Positions 39,172-48,121 of a stretch of DNA of 64,000 nt are shown here, one piece after another. The stretch covers positions 372,001 through 436,000 of IMG/VR virus record IMGVR_UViG_3300046660_000488, one strand, 5' to 3'. Position 1 is the first letter of the stretch. Every line of letters starts with the position of its first letter. The notes beneath the pieces were generated by a model, which was given only the letters and a program-made list of their open reading frames with translations, did not search any database and was not told the DNA's origin. A program made the translations under genes and the position numbers.

Positions 39172-39199
39172 AGATTAGCACACTCTACTTTGATTGCAA
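39172..39199 (-). promoter_or_regulatory. early promoter
   Basis: TTGCAA-16-TAATCT; near copy at 39743-39770. Confidence 0.65.
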
Positions 39200-39207
39200 G
39201 CGAATAC

Positions 39208-39714
39208 TTAGACCTGTTGCGGGATGATTGCCTTCATCAGCTTGGCTTCGAGCCACATCGGGTCGGAGGTGTTGACGCAGACATGCTGTTCCTTGCCTTC
39301 GATGACGACGACCGCGCGGAACAGCAGGGTATAGTTGATCCGCATGCCGCTCATGCCCGAACCGCCGCCGACGTAGGCTTGGGTGTTCGACATGTTGTTG
39401 ATGGAGACGTTGAACGTCGAGACGCCGGAGACTTGGACCTCGTAGGCCGTGTCGATAACGCGCATCATCTGGCGAATCTTCGCCTTGTTGTACTCCGGCA
39501 GTTGCTTGCCGTTCCAGCTATCCATGTAGCCGTCGCGCTTCAGTTTCTTCAGCGTCTTGCGCGTGTGGACCAGCGCGTCGCGCAGCAGGGTCTTGCGATA
39601 GTACTTGCCGTCAACCCCGGCCATGGCCATGTCTCGCGAGACCCGCGTTCCGATGGCGATCTTCGGCATCGGGATTTCGTAGACGGGGCCGGTAGGACGA
39701 TCAGGGTGGGTCAA
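39208..39714 (-). CDS. hypothetical early protein
   Basis: AGGAG RBS and TTG start downstream of a promoter. Confidence 0.65.
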   Translation of the reverse strand: MTHPDRPTGPVYEIPMPKIAIGTRVSRDMAMAGVDGKYYRKTLLRDALVHTRKTLKKLKRDGYMDSWNGKQLPEYNKAKIRQMMRVIDTAYEVQVSGVSTFNVSINNMSNTQAYVGGGSGMSGMRINYTLLFRAVVVIEGKEQHVCVNTSDPMWLEAKLMKAIIPQQV

Positions 39715-39742
39715 GCGAGGTCTCCTGCGTTTCAACAAGCAC

Positions 39743-39770
39743 AGACTATCACACTCTACTTGCTTTGCAA
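39743..39770 (-). promoter_or_regulatory. early promoter
   Basis: TTGCAA-16-TAGTCT; shares AAGTAGAGTGTG with the 39172 promoter. Confidence 0.65.
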
Positions 39771-39801
39771 GCAGATTCTGAAGCACAGATGGAGAAAGTT
39801 G

Positions 39802-40122
39802 CTACTCGGCGGTGACCGCAGCCAAGGTTTCGGACAGGACCGCCGCTTGGCGCTTGTTGTGGGTGAGCTTGGCGTGCTTGATCTCTTGGTTGCAGATCGT
39901 CAGCGAATGCTGGAGCTTGGCGACGGCGGCCTTGGCCTCAGCTTCGGTGAGGCCATCGAGCAGCAGCCAGTCGGCCTTGCGGGTCGCCGGAGCAGCGTCT
40001 TCGTGCTCGGGCTTGCTGATAAACGTCACCGACTTGTCGGTTTTCTTGACCAGAATGGCGGAGAAGGTGGGCTTGTCGAGGAAGTGGAGGTGTTGCAGGA
40101 TCGCCCAGTTGCGTTCGGTCAT
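39802..40122 (-). CDS. hypothetical early protein
   Basis: GAGGAG RBS; promoter TTGACA-16-TATGAT at 40155-40182. Confidence 0.7.
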   Translation of the reverse strand: MTERNWAILQHLHFLDKPTFSAILVKKTDKSVTFISKPEHEDAAPATRKADWLLLDGLTEAEAKAAVAKLQHSLTICNQEIKHAKLTHNKRQAAVLSETLAAVTAE

Positions 40123-40185
40123 GATGATCTCCTCAACTTCATTTCGAGAAAGGCATCATAGCACAGTTAGTATAGGTGTCAAGCA

Positions 40186-40213
40186 AAAGCCCCCGGAATT
40201 GCTTCCGAGGGCT
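40186..40213 (-). terminator. intrinsic terminator after the minus-strand fibre cassette
   Basis: Imperfect GC stem followed by TTTT on the minus strand. Confidence 0.6.
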
Positions 40214-40238
40214 CCACTTACTCGATACTGTGTTACGC

Positions 40239-41318
40239 TTAGGCGTAGGTGATGACCACGTTGGCCGTACCGACCGTCGCCGCGCCGGTGACGTAGATCG
40301 CGATGTCCGTTTCAGCACCCGTGGGGAACTGGTAGATCGGAGTCGTGACATACGAACCAGCGCCTTGCAGGTCGTTTTGGTCCGCGCCCATCAGGCGGGC
40401 GTTGTCGCCAGCGTCACCGACGCTGATGGCGATGTCGCCGTCGAAATCGGCCGTGACTTCAACCGAAACCTCAACCACGCGAGCGCCGTTGCCGACCTTG
40501 CCCAGAGAGATCGTGCCGGTCGAAGCAGCGGTGATGGCCACCTTGGTCGTCAGGTTGTCGGAACGAGCCGAATCCTGAGTGGCGACCAGACGCCAAGCCG
40601 TGCCGTCGTACAGGTAGTCAGCGTATTCGCCAGCCGCAGCGTCGGTCGGGATGCCGCTCGCGTCGATGACGTGAACGAAATCGCCAGCACCCGGCGTGAG
40701 GCTATCGCGAGCCGCGATATCGGCGACGACCGAAGACTTGGTCGCCGAAGCACCCTTGGCGCCGATGTACTTGTAGACTTCGATGTAGACGCCGTTCGAG
40801 GCGACGGAGAACGTGCCCGTACCGATGGTCGCAGCCTTACCGCTCGGGATCGTGCCCGTGAAGTTCAGAACGCCAGAGATATAGTCGTAGACGTACTCTT
40901 CGCCAGTCGTGTCGGGGAAGATACGAGCAGCGTTGCCGCTGTTCGGGTCGCCCAGATAGACCTTGACGAGATAGCCGGAACCGAACGTCGTCGGAACGAA
41001 GTCGATCAGGCGCGAGCCCGTGTCGTTGTAGGTCGCCGTGGCCAGCCACGTCTGGTTGGACGGGGCGGTCGGGTCCATCGTCATACGGATGCGCGAGGCG
41101 CCCGTGTACAGTTGGATCGTGGCCGTGGTCGAAACAGGCGGCAGGGTAGGGATCGCAGTCGAATCCGATTGTGCCCAGATGTTCGCCGAATAGACCGGCG
41201 TGGGCGAAGCAATCGTTTCGTTCGAACCAGCCTTGTTAGCGGCCGATGCTGTCTTCGAAGTACCGAAGATTACCTTCTTCCAAAGGAAGTCAAGCTTTTC
41301 GCTGTCAGAAATTGCCAT
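40239..41318 (-). CDS. virion protein B' (N-terminus of B plus C-terminus of C)
   Basis: MAISDSEKLDFLWKKVIFG as in 23436; VVADIAARD...RLMGADQNDL as in 26730. Confidence 0.75.
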   Translation of the reverse strand: MAISDSEKLDFLWKKVIFGTSKTASAANKAGSNETIASPTPVYSANIWAQSDSTAIPTLPPVSTTATIQLYTGASRIRMTMDPTAPSNQTWLATATYNDTGSRLIDFVPTTFGSGYLVKVYLGDPNSGNAARIFPDTTGEEYVYDYISGVLNFTGTIPSGKAATIGTGTFSVASNGVYIEVYKYIGAKGASATKSSVVADIAARDSLTPGAGDFVHVIDASGIPTDAAAGEYADYLYDGTAWRLVATQDSARSDNLTTKVAITAASTGTISLGKVGNGARVVEVSVEVTADFDGDIAISVGDAGDNARLMGADQNDLQGAGSYVTTPIYQFPTGAETDIAIYVTGAATVGTANVVITYA

Positions 41319-41333
41319 GATGCTTATCCTTCC

Positions 41334-43148
41334 TTAGTTGCTGAAGCTGAGTGCGGTGATGGCTTGGCCAGCGTTCAGGCGGAAGCGCACGAGGATTTCA
41401 TTCCCCGTTGCCGACGTCGAAGAAGCCGTACCGAAGGTCATTTGGAACGAGCCAGTGGCGCCGCTCATGACCGTACCCGACGCACAGCCAGCGACGGTGT
41501 CGCCAGCTTCACCGGGGATACCGGCGCCGTCATAGGGTGCGAAACCGTTCCACCAAACGCCGCCCAGCGAGTTCGGCTGAGCCGTCGAAACGCCCGGAAG
41601 AGCGATCCAGCAGCCAGCGTACGTGCCGGTGACGTTGATCTTGAACTGCGAGAGAGCCGTACGGGCGAACGAGAACGTCACGTACTGGACTGCATCGCGG
41701 CCCGAGAGGTTCGGACCAACCGGCAGATAACCGGTCGAGTAGTTGGTTTGGTCAGCCTTCAGGATACCGCCGACGACAGCCGCTTCGTGAGCAGCCAGCG
41801 CAGCCGTAGCGTCCCAAGCGACAGTCGAGGCGTTCGGGGTGTTGCCCGTGCCCTTGCTGACGCGGATGGCGTTGTTCGCGTTCGGCGAAGAGCCCAGACC
41901 CGAGACCGGGATGGACAGTTCGTCAACCTTCGAAGCAGCCGCGACGCCGCGCTTGACCAGAACGATGTTGCTGGTCAGGTTCGTTGCCGTGCTGGAGCCG
42001 TTGACGTTTTTGGCGACGGCCGTGAGAGCGCCCATGCCATGCGTCGCGCCGTCCACGTTGATCGTCACCGGCGTGATGGCCGTGGCGGTCGTGGTGTTGG
42101 CGGCGAACGGGGTCGAGAGACCCATGTTCGTGTAGGTGAAGGTCTGCGACGAGATCACCGAGTTGGCGCCCGAGACGACGACCGGGTCAGAACCACCGTA
42201 GTAGGTTTGGCCCGACAGGTTCGACATCGACAGACCAACAGTCAGCGTGCCCGACGTGTTGTAGTGCGGAACCGACGACGAGTAGGCGACCGTACCGGCA
42301 CTGGCCTGAGCCAGCGACGTTGCGGTGATCGCCGGAACGGCCGTGACGTTGTCGCGAACGAGGAAGACATCCGAAGTCGTGCCCGAACCGGTGTGGTTCA
42401 GCTTGATCTTGTTGATGCCGGTGCTCGTGGCGCCGCCAGTGATCTGGATGTCAACCGACTTCCAGAAACCCGGCGTAGCGACCGGGAAGTCTTTCTGATC
42501 GGAAATGACCAGACCCGAGAACGTGCCAGCGTCGCCCGTACCCGTGAGGGTCTTGGAGCCGACGACAGTGCCGTTCAGCAGGAATTGGACCGTGCCCGAA
42601 TTGCCCGGACCCATGTCGTTGAAGACGTTCGAGTTGACGGCAGCGATAGTGCGGGTGACCGCGCTACCAGCCGACAGGCCCGAGCCACCGCCCGAAGCGT
42701 CAGCAGCACCGGTGGCGAGCAGCGGAGTGCTACCCGAGGTGTTGGCGACGGTCAGAGCGTTCGCGTTCGGGAACGACGGCGGCGATGCCGGGACCAGAAG
42801 GCCCAGAATTTCGTTCAGACGGTCAACTGCTTCCGAGACCGGAGTCGCGTCAGACAGTGAGACGGCGCCCGGCGTCCACGAGCCATCGCCATTGACGGCG
42901 ACGTTGCCCAGCGGGACGTGGAAACCGTCGTTAGCAGCAACCGCGTTGGACACGAAGGTCGTAACTTGACCCAGTGTGACAACGTCGGTGTCGCTTACGG
43001 CGTTAGCAGCACGCATAACGGCCAGACCTGCGTCTGCCGCGTTGCGAACTTCGACAACACCACCGTTCACTTTGAGGCGAGGACCCGCCTTACCAAACTG
43101 AACGTTGGTGCCTACGCCTGTAAGCCCAAAGTTTTTAATTTCAGCCAT
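41334..43148 (-). CDS. virion protein A' (N-terminus of D plus body of A)
   Basis: MAEIKNFGLTGVGTNVQFGK as in 28798; GDGSW.PGAV...RLNAGQ.IT.L.FSN as in 21501; late motif at 43176. Confidence 0.75.
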   Translation of the reverse strand: MAEIKNFGLTGVGTNVQFGKAGPRLKVNGGVVEVRNAADAGLAVMRAANAVSDTDVVTLGQVTTFVSNAVAANDGFHVPLGNVAVNGDGSWTPGAVSLSDATPVSEAVDRLNEILGLLVPASPPSFPNANALTVANTSGSTPLLATGAADASGGGSGLSAGSAVTRTIAAVNSNVFNDMGPGNSGTVQFLLNGTVVGSKTLTGTGDAGTFSGLVISDQKDFPVATPGFWKSVDIQITGGATSTGINKIKLNHTGSGTTSDVFLVRDNVTAVPAITATSLAQASAGTVAYSSSVPHYNTSGTLTVGLSMSNLSGQTYYGGSDPVVVSGANSVISSQTFTYTNMGLSTPFAANTTTATAITPVTINVDGATHGMGALTAVAKNVNGSSTATNLTSNIVLVKRGVAAASKVDELSIPVSGLGSSPNANNAIRVSKGTGNTPNASTVAWDATAALAAHEAAVVGGILKADQTNYSTGYLPVGPNLSGRDAVQYVTFSFARTALSQFKINVTGTYAGCWIALPGVSTAQPNSLGGVWWNGFAPYDGAGIPGEAGDTVAGCASGTVMSGATGSFQMTFGTASSTSATGNEILVRFRLNAGQAITALSFSN

Positions 43149-43263
43149 TGCAATCTCCCAAGAAAATGCCTCGGGTATTTAGGCAGTGGCCAGCTATGTT
43201 CTCGTATAGCTTAAATGTTTTTGAAGTTAAACCTGACGTTATTACTTCGTCGGGTGGCCGACG

Positions 43264-43578
43264 CTATTCCAGATACTTTTCGATAATCTCGGAATACTTG
43301 CCATCGAGCTTCATGCAGAACACCAACCAGCCTTTGTTCCAGACTGGACGTGGGTTTTCGGAGATCGTTTCGACGATCTTGGGGAAGTCCTGAAGGATGA
43401 ACAGGACATCGTCGGCCATGGCGATAGCCGAGTTGACAATGTGGTTGGTGTCGATCTGCGCGTCGAAGATGTTCGGGATTTGCCCGACCCAGACCGCCCG
43501 CGCCACAGGCGACATGCTGACGATCTCAGCGCGCATTTCTGCACGCTGAGCAGTCGTCAAATGACCGATCCGGTTCAT
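43264..43578 (-). CDS. hypothetical protein
   Basis: ATGA coupling with the upstream ORF. Confidence 0.6.
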   Translation of the reverse strand: MNRIGHLTTAQRAEMRAEIVSMSPVARAVWVGQIPNIFDAQIDTNHIVNSAIAMADDVLFILQDFPKIVETISENPRPVWNKGWLVFCMKLDGKYSEIIEKYLE

Positions 43579-44381
43579 GCCTTCGGCTTGGCTCTCGACT
43601 TGCGGGGCTTGCGCGGCGCCTTGCCCTGCTCTTCGATCTGGGCCTTCACGGCTTCCATCGCCGCGCAGGCGGCTTCCCATTGGCCGCTTTCGATCAGACG
43701 GCGCTTGGCGTTGGCTGCGGCCTGTTCCATCGTGATCGTCGGCTTGCCGTCTTCGACCGCTTTCTTGGCGGCGGCGTGCTTGTAGTCGAGGGCTTCGTTG
43801 GTCAGGCGGTGCAGACGTTCAGTCGCCTTCGCGTCCAGCATCACTTCGTCCCAGTGGCCGTACTTGGAGTGGCGGCCCATGATATAGCCGAGACCCAGAC
43901 CCAGACGCTTCCAGAAGCCGGTGGCCAGATTGCTCAGGTAGGGCTTCAGGTAGAAATCGCCATCGACTGGGTCGAGCACGAATTTGAACACGTGGTCATC
44001 GCTGTGACATTCGCACTCGAAGTATTCGGTCTTGGTGTCCTCGTCGTCGAACGCCTCGTGGTCCTTGTCGCAGTGGGCAAGGCCAGTGTTGGGATCGGCC
44101 AAGGCGTCAGAGGTGTCGTGCGTCTCCAAAGCCTTGTGGATGGCGATGGTGGCGTCGATGATCGAGGTCTGAAACTCGGGGGTGAGTTCGGTGTAGGCCT
44201 TGTCGCGGATTTGTCCGGCGAGGACTTCCAGCGGAATGGCGGCTTCGACGAGCGCCCGGCGGCCGGAGCGGACTTCAGCGACCAAGAGAAGCATCAGTTG
44301 GGTCATGCCCGTCTCGTCCGGCTCTGACAGCTTGTCGCGGCAGATGCGGTCGAGGTCGTCCAGAAGTTTTTGCGTGAACAT
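43575..44381 (-). CDS. hypothetical protein
   Basis: AGGA RBS; FECECHSDDH...FWKRL...YIMG..SKYGHWDE phage motif. Confidence 0.7.
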   Translation of the reverse strand: MFTQKLLDDLDRICRDKLSEPDETGMTQLMLLLVAEVRSGRRALVEAAIPLEVLAGQIRDKAYTELTPEFQTSIIDATIAIHKALETHDTSDALADPNTGLAHCDKDHEAFDDEDTKTEYFECECHSDDHVFKFVLDPVDGDFYLKPYLSNLATGFWKRLGLGLGYIMGRHSKYGHWDEVMLDAKATERLHRLTNEALDYKHAAAKKAVEDGKPTITMEQAAANAKRRLIESGQWEAACAAMEAVKAQIEEQGKAPRKPRKSRAKPKA

Positions 44382-44400
44382 GAAATGTCCTAAAAAATGA

Positions 44401-44695
44401 AGGGGGAGCTTTCTGTTGACAGGCAAGCCCCGAAGGACCGGCTCCCTAACCCCGGAACCATCACCGCTTACGCGGCGACAGCGTAGTCCATGGCAACGTT
44501 GTCGTTGGCATTTACAATTGTGAACTGATCGTCGGCCGTGTCTTGCCGGATATCTCGCAAACCCTTTACCGCCGCGAATCGATGCTGGTCACCCCCACTT
44601 AGAAACCCATCGCGGACGATGGGCTTGTATGGTGGAGGTGCGGGGAATCGCACCCCGGTCTTCATCGGCTTATTACAGTCTGGTCATCAATATCG
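44401..44695 (-). ncRNA. ssrA: circularly permuted (two-piece) tmRNA with tag ANDNVAMDYAVAA
   Basis: Acceptor piece ends CCGGGG-TGCGATT-CCCCG-CACCTCCACCA at 44630; 33-nt intervening hairpin; coding piece starts GGGGGTGA at 44596; G3.U70 pair; tag stop at 44468. Confidence 0.93.
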
Positions 44696-44730
44696 TCTGT
44701 ATTTAAGCATGGTTTACCAAATGGCACAAG

Positions 44731-45192
44731 CTAAATCGAATTCTCGTCCATTTTGGTGATCCGCTTGGCGGCCAAGGACTTTTTGCGTTCCTTTTCCGAC
44801 TGGTGCGCGCGGTACACAATGCACGGACCCATCCAGCCATATGGCCCCACGAACAGTGCGGTGATCAGCCACCAGTCTTGGTTTTTAACGAACCACGGGA
44901 TGTGGTGCGTGACCGTCAGCATGCCCAGCGTACCGAAGAACACGAGCAGCAGAAAAGTCGGGCCGAACGTGATGATCTCAGACCTGATCCACCGGCGCCG
45001 AGCATCTTGTTCGTCCGGGGTCACCAGCAGACCAAGCTCGTCTTCCAGCATGGCCTGTCGTTCGGCCATCGCGCAGACCTTCTTGAACCAGTGGCGGTCG
45101 TTGATGCCAATGGGGCACGGTCCGGTCTCCGGCGTCCACGAGACGAAATCGGCGACGATCTTCTGAGCCCGGTCGGCCACCACGGGTTTCAT
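44731..45192 (-). CDS. membrane protein
   Basis: Two hydrophobic segments; ATGA overlap with serS. Confidence 0.65.
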   Translation of the reverse strand: MKPVVADRAQKIVADFVSWTPETGPCPIGINDRHWFKKVCAMAERQAMLEDELGLLVTPDEQDARRRWIRSEIITFGPTFLLLVFFGTLGMLTVTHHIPWFVKNQDWWLITALFVGPYGWMGPCIVYRAHQSEKERKKSLAAKRITKMDENSI

Positions 45193-46466
45193 CGGATGAC
45201 TTCCAACCCGTTCATGTAGGGTTGCAGGACGCGGGGCACGCGGATCGAGCCATCCTCGTTCTGGTAATTCTCCATGACGGCGACCAGCGTGCGGCCGACC
45301 GCCAACCCCGAACCGTTGAAGGTCCGCAGGTAACGGTTCTTGCCACCGTCGCTGGGCTTGTAGCGGGCGTTCATCCGCCGGGATTGGAATTGCCCGAAGT
45401 CCGACACGCTCGAAATTTCGCGGTAGGTCTCTTGGCTCGGAATCCAAACCTCGATGTCGATGGTCTTGGCGGCCGAGAAGCCGGTGTCGCCGCCGCACAG
45501 CAGTACCGTGCGGAACGAAAGCTCCAGAGCGCCCAAGATGCCTTGGGCGTTGATCAGGATGAAGTTGTGCTCGTTCGCCGTTGCGCTGTCAGTTATCGAG
45601 ACCAACTCGACCTTGTAGAATTGGTGCTGGCGAATCAGGCCGCGCGTGTCACGTCCGGCCGAACCCGCCTCGGCGCGGAAGCATGGCGTCAGAGCCACGT
45701 AGCGCAGGGGAAGCTGATCCTCGGGGATGATCTTGTCGCGGACAAGGTTGGTGATCGAAACCTCGGCGGTCGGGATCAGCCAGTGATCCGACTCCGGAAT
45801 GTGGAACAGGTCGTCCTTGAATTTTGGAAGCTGGCCGGTCCCGATCAGAGCGTTGGCGTGGACCATCAGCGGAGGATTGACCTCCATGAAGCCGTTCATG
45901 GCGTGGCGGTCGAGCATGAATTGGCCAAGCGCCCGTTCGAGACGCGCCAGCGGACCCTTGGTCACGCAGAACCGGGCGCCGCTCATTTCAGCCGCCGCCT
46001 CGAAATCCATCATGCCGAGATTTTCACCCAGCGTGACGTGGTCCTTGGGTGTGAACGAGAAATTCGGGCGAAGTAATGGGAAGTCAGAGATCACCTTGTT
46101 GTGGCTCTCGTCCACGCCGATGGGCACACCAACGTCCAGCATGTTCGGGATACGCAGCAAGGTTTCTTGAACTTGCTCGTGCAGCTTGCGCTCGTTGGCC
46201 GTGGAATCCGAGAGGAAGCCCTTCAGCGCGGTCATCGACTCAATCGCCCGCTGGCGCTCGATGCCTTGAAGCGTTGGGATGCGGGCAGATTCCTCGTTGC
46301 GCTGCTGAAGCAGGCTTTCGGAATTTTGAATGGCCTTGCGGTGCTGCTGGTCCAGATCGACCAGCGTGTTGATCAGTACCGAAGCTTCGGCGTGGGTCAT
46401 CCCCTTCCGGCCAAGCTCGCTGATGACAGCATGCGGGTTGTCGCGGACGAATTTCAGATCAAGCAT
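45189..46466 (-). CDS. serS: seryl-tRNA synthetase
   Basis: N-terminal coiled coil, LIPTAEV, FRAEAGSAGRDTRGLIRQHQF, EISS, NGSGLAVGR. Confidence 0.97.
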   Translation of the reverse strand: MLDLKFVRDNPHAVISELGRKGMTHAEASVLINTLVDLDQQHRKAIQNSESLLQQRNEESARIPTLQGIERQRAIESMTALKGFLSDSTANERKLHEQVQETLLRIPNMLDVGVPIGVDESHNKVISDFPLLRPNFSFTPKDHVTLGENLGMMDFEAAAEMSGARFCVTKGPLARLERALGQFMLDRHAMNGFMEVNPPLMVHANALIGTGQLPKFKDDLFHIPESDHWLIPTAEVSITNLVRDKIIPEDQLPLRYVALTPCFRAEAGSAGRDTRGLIRQHQFYKVELVSITDSATANEHNFILINAQGILGALELSFRTVLLCGGDTGFSAAKTIDIEVWIPSQETYREISSVSDFGQFQSRRMNARYKPSDGGKNRYLRTFNGSGLAVGRTLVAVMENYQNEDGSIRVPRVLQPYMNGLEVIR

Positions 46467-46527
46467 ATGGCCGGGCCTTTTTACGAGGCCCGACCATAGG
46501 GATGTGACTAATTTTCGTCAACCAGAA

Positions 46528-46636
46528 TTGCTGGACATTTGCCGGACATCGCCGGACATGGATCAGCTAGTTAAGTCATTGATTTTTATGAGGGTGGCTC
46601 TGGCATCCGAACATTTGCTGGACATTTGCTGGACAT
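46528..46636. repeat. two triplets of 11-bp TTGCYGGACAT repeats around an IHF-consensus site
   Basis: Repeats at 46528, 46539, 46550 and about 46604, 46615, 46626; AATCAATGACTTA on the minus strand at 46572-46584. Confidence 0.7.
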
Positions 46637-46845
46637 CAACCCAGCAAGTGCTCGATGACGCTACCAAAGACCCCGGAGTCGGGATCAGAATTATGTGGTG
46701 GATGCGCGTTTCTCGCCTTGACCTCTTCCACTTCATCTGGAGAGACAAGGACCATCCGGCCGGGGTATTTGAGCCACGTGTGGCCGTCAGCAACCCATAG
46801 GGTCTCAGAAACCCAAACCATGCCGTCTTCGTCGGGTTCCATCAT
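46636..46845 (-). CDS. hypothetical protein
   Basis: Overlaps the stop of the MazG gene. Confidence 0.5.
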   Translation of the reverse strand: MMEPDEDGMVWVSETLWVADGHTWLKYPGRMVLVSPDEVEEVKARNAHPPHNSDPDSGVFGSVIEHLLG

Positions 46846-47795
46846 TTCAGGCCGACCAGCCAAGCGGCATCGTGCGAAATCCGGGTGTCGAAGATCGAGA
46901 ATTCCGTGATGGTCTTGGGGACCTCGAAGCCGATGCCACGCAGTTGGGTCGCGATGTTCTCACAGCTTCCCTTGAACCTTTCGTACGTGCCGTCGTATTT
47001 CCGGTAGGTGACCATCATGACGTAGGTGTCGTCGCTGATTTTCTTGAAGGCATTCCGTGAGACGTGGGCGTCGAGATCGTAGGCGGCGGCGCGAAGGCCT
47101 TCGATCCGGTCGTCGCTGACCACCACGTTGAAGTGGGCCTCAAAATAGCACGCCGGGGGCATCGCCTGACGACTGTGGCTATTGGACGGAGCCGCCGGAT
47201 GCCACGGAACAGTCTCGATTTTCTGGCGGGCCACGTTATAGCCGCGTTCGACCAGATCATCCTTGATCCGGCTCACTTCAAGGAACGCCGAGCGGTTGTC
47301 GCCCATGTGGACCGACGAGGTCTGGGCGTCGAGCATAACGGTCTCGCCATGTTGGTTGTGCAGGTCGATCAGCAGCGGCTTGACGCCGATCTCCGCGCAG
47401 TCGGCCTTGTACTGCTCGATGTTCAGGCCACCCTCGCCCGGCGAGACGGTGACGTGGATTTCGTAGGGGAGCGGGTAGGTGACGTCGCGCTCGCGGGTCT
47501 GAAGTTCGTCCCAGTACTGGGCCTTCTTCATCATCATCGACCCGATGTCGTCGTGGCTGTAGCCCAACTGGTAGGCGACACTCAGCGCGCAGAGGATGAC
47601 GTCGGCCGTCTCTTCAAGGATGCGCTCGGAGGTGACGAACCGGTGGGTCGTGGTCGGCACGTTGTCGAAGGGCAGGACGGCCTTGGCCAGTTCGCCGACT
47701 TCTTCAGCCGTCTTCAGGGCCTTTTCGGTCAGGGTCTTCTTATCCTTGGCGGACAGCGCGGCGATATAGTCGAAAATCTCGGGTTTCATGACCAC
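46842..47795 (-). CDS. MazG pyrophosphohydrolase fused to a C-terminal domain
   Basis: KTAEEVGELA...EETADV; C-terminal YEIHVTV, RQKIETVPWHP, YFEAH. Confidence 0.8.
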   Translation of the reverse strand: MVMKPEIFDYIAALSAKDKKTLTEKALKTAEEVGELAKAVLPFDNVPTTTHRFVTSERILEETADVILCALSVAYQLGYSHDDIGSMMMKKAQYWDELQTRERDVTYPLPYEIHVTVSPGEGGLNIEQYKADCAEIGVKPLLIDLHNQHGETVMLDAQTSSVHMGDNRSAFLEVSRIKDDLVERGYNVARQKIETVPWHPAAPSNSHSRQAMPPACYFEAHFNVVVSDDRIEGLRAAAYDLDAHVSRNAFKKISDDTYVMMVTYRKYDGTYERFKGSCENIATQLRGIGFEVPKTITEFSIFDTRISHDAAWLVGLK

Positions 47796-48067
47796 CTCAA
47801 TTTGAAAAGTGTGAATTTACTCAAATCGTCTGAACTGAATTCAATAGTTGTGTCTTGCATCATGCGAAACTGGTCTGTGTACGTATAGTACACTGCATGA
47901 TACTTGAAGTTGTTCTCTTCGGACCATTCTTTGAATTCTTCGGTGAGTTCAAGCTTGACGCCGAGTTCTGTCGTAATGGACAGGCCATTGGCGCGATGAA
48001 CCGGAGCGGCAACCAGCGTCGCTACGTCCGGGCCAACTTTCATCCTGAATTTTCCGCGAACGCTCAT
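47786..48067 (-). CDS. hypothetical protein with a C-terminal F.LRW motif
   Basis: IEFSSDDLSKFTLFKLRWS. Confidence 0.6.
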   Translation of the reverse strand: MSVRGKFRMKVGPDVATLVAAPVHRANGLSITTELGVKLELTEEFKEWSEENNFKYHAVYYTYTDQFRMMQDTTIEFSSDDLSKFTLFKLRWS

Positions 48068-48121
48068 CGGCCGGGTCCTATTTGGTTTACCAACCTACCC
48101 CGACCGGAAATTAGCGCGCAA

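Noticed and set aside
21501-43148. Invertase-driven fibre switch or diversity-generating retroelement
   Set aside because: No recombinase or reverse transcriptase is present, and the paralogues diverge at synonymous sites without adenine-specific differences or exact crossover repeats.
44630-44660. tRNA-like T-arm and CCA end
   Set aside because: There is no anticodon arm and the pairing partner lies downstream, so it belongs to the permuted tmRNA.
44468-44665. 65-aa ORF ending in ANDNVAMDYAVAA
   Set aside because: It is the tmRNA tag frame extended through the tRNA-like domain, not an independent gene.
12276-46466. Bacterial chromosome or prophage boundary suggested by clpA, def, dnaJ and serS
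   Set aside because: These genes are interleaved with virion genes, several share the phage late motif, and there is no host-like synteny.
46528-46636. Mini-CRISPR interpretation of the short repeats
   Set aside because: The repeats are 11 bp and abut each other without unique spacers, and no cas genes are present.
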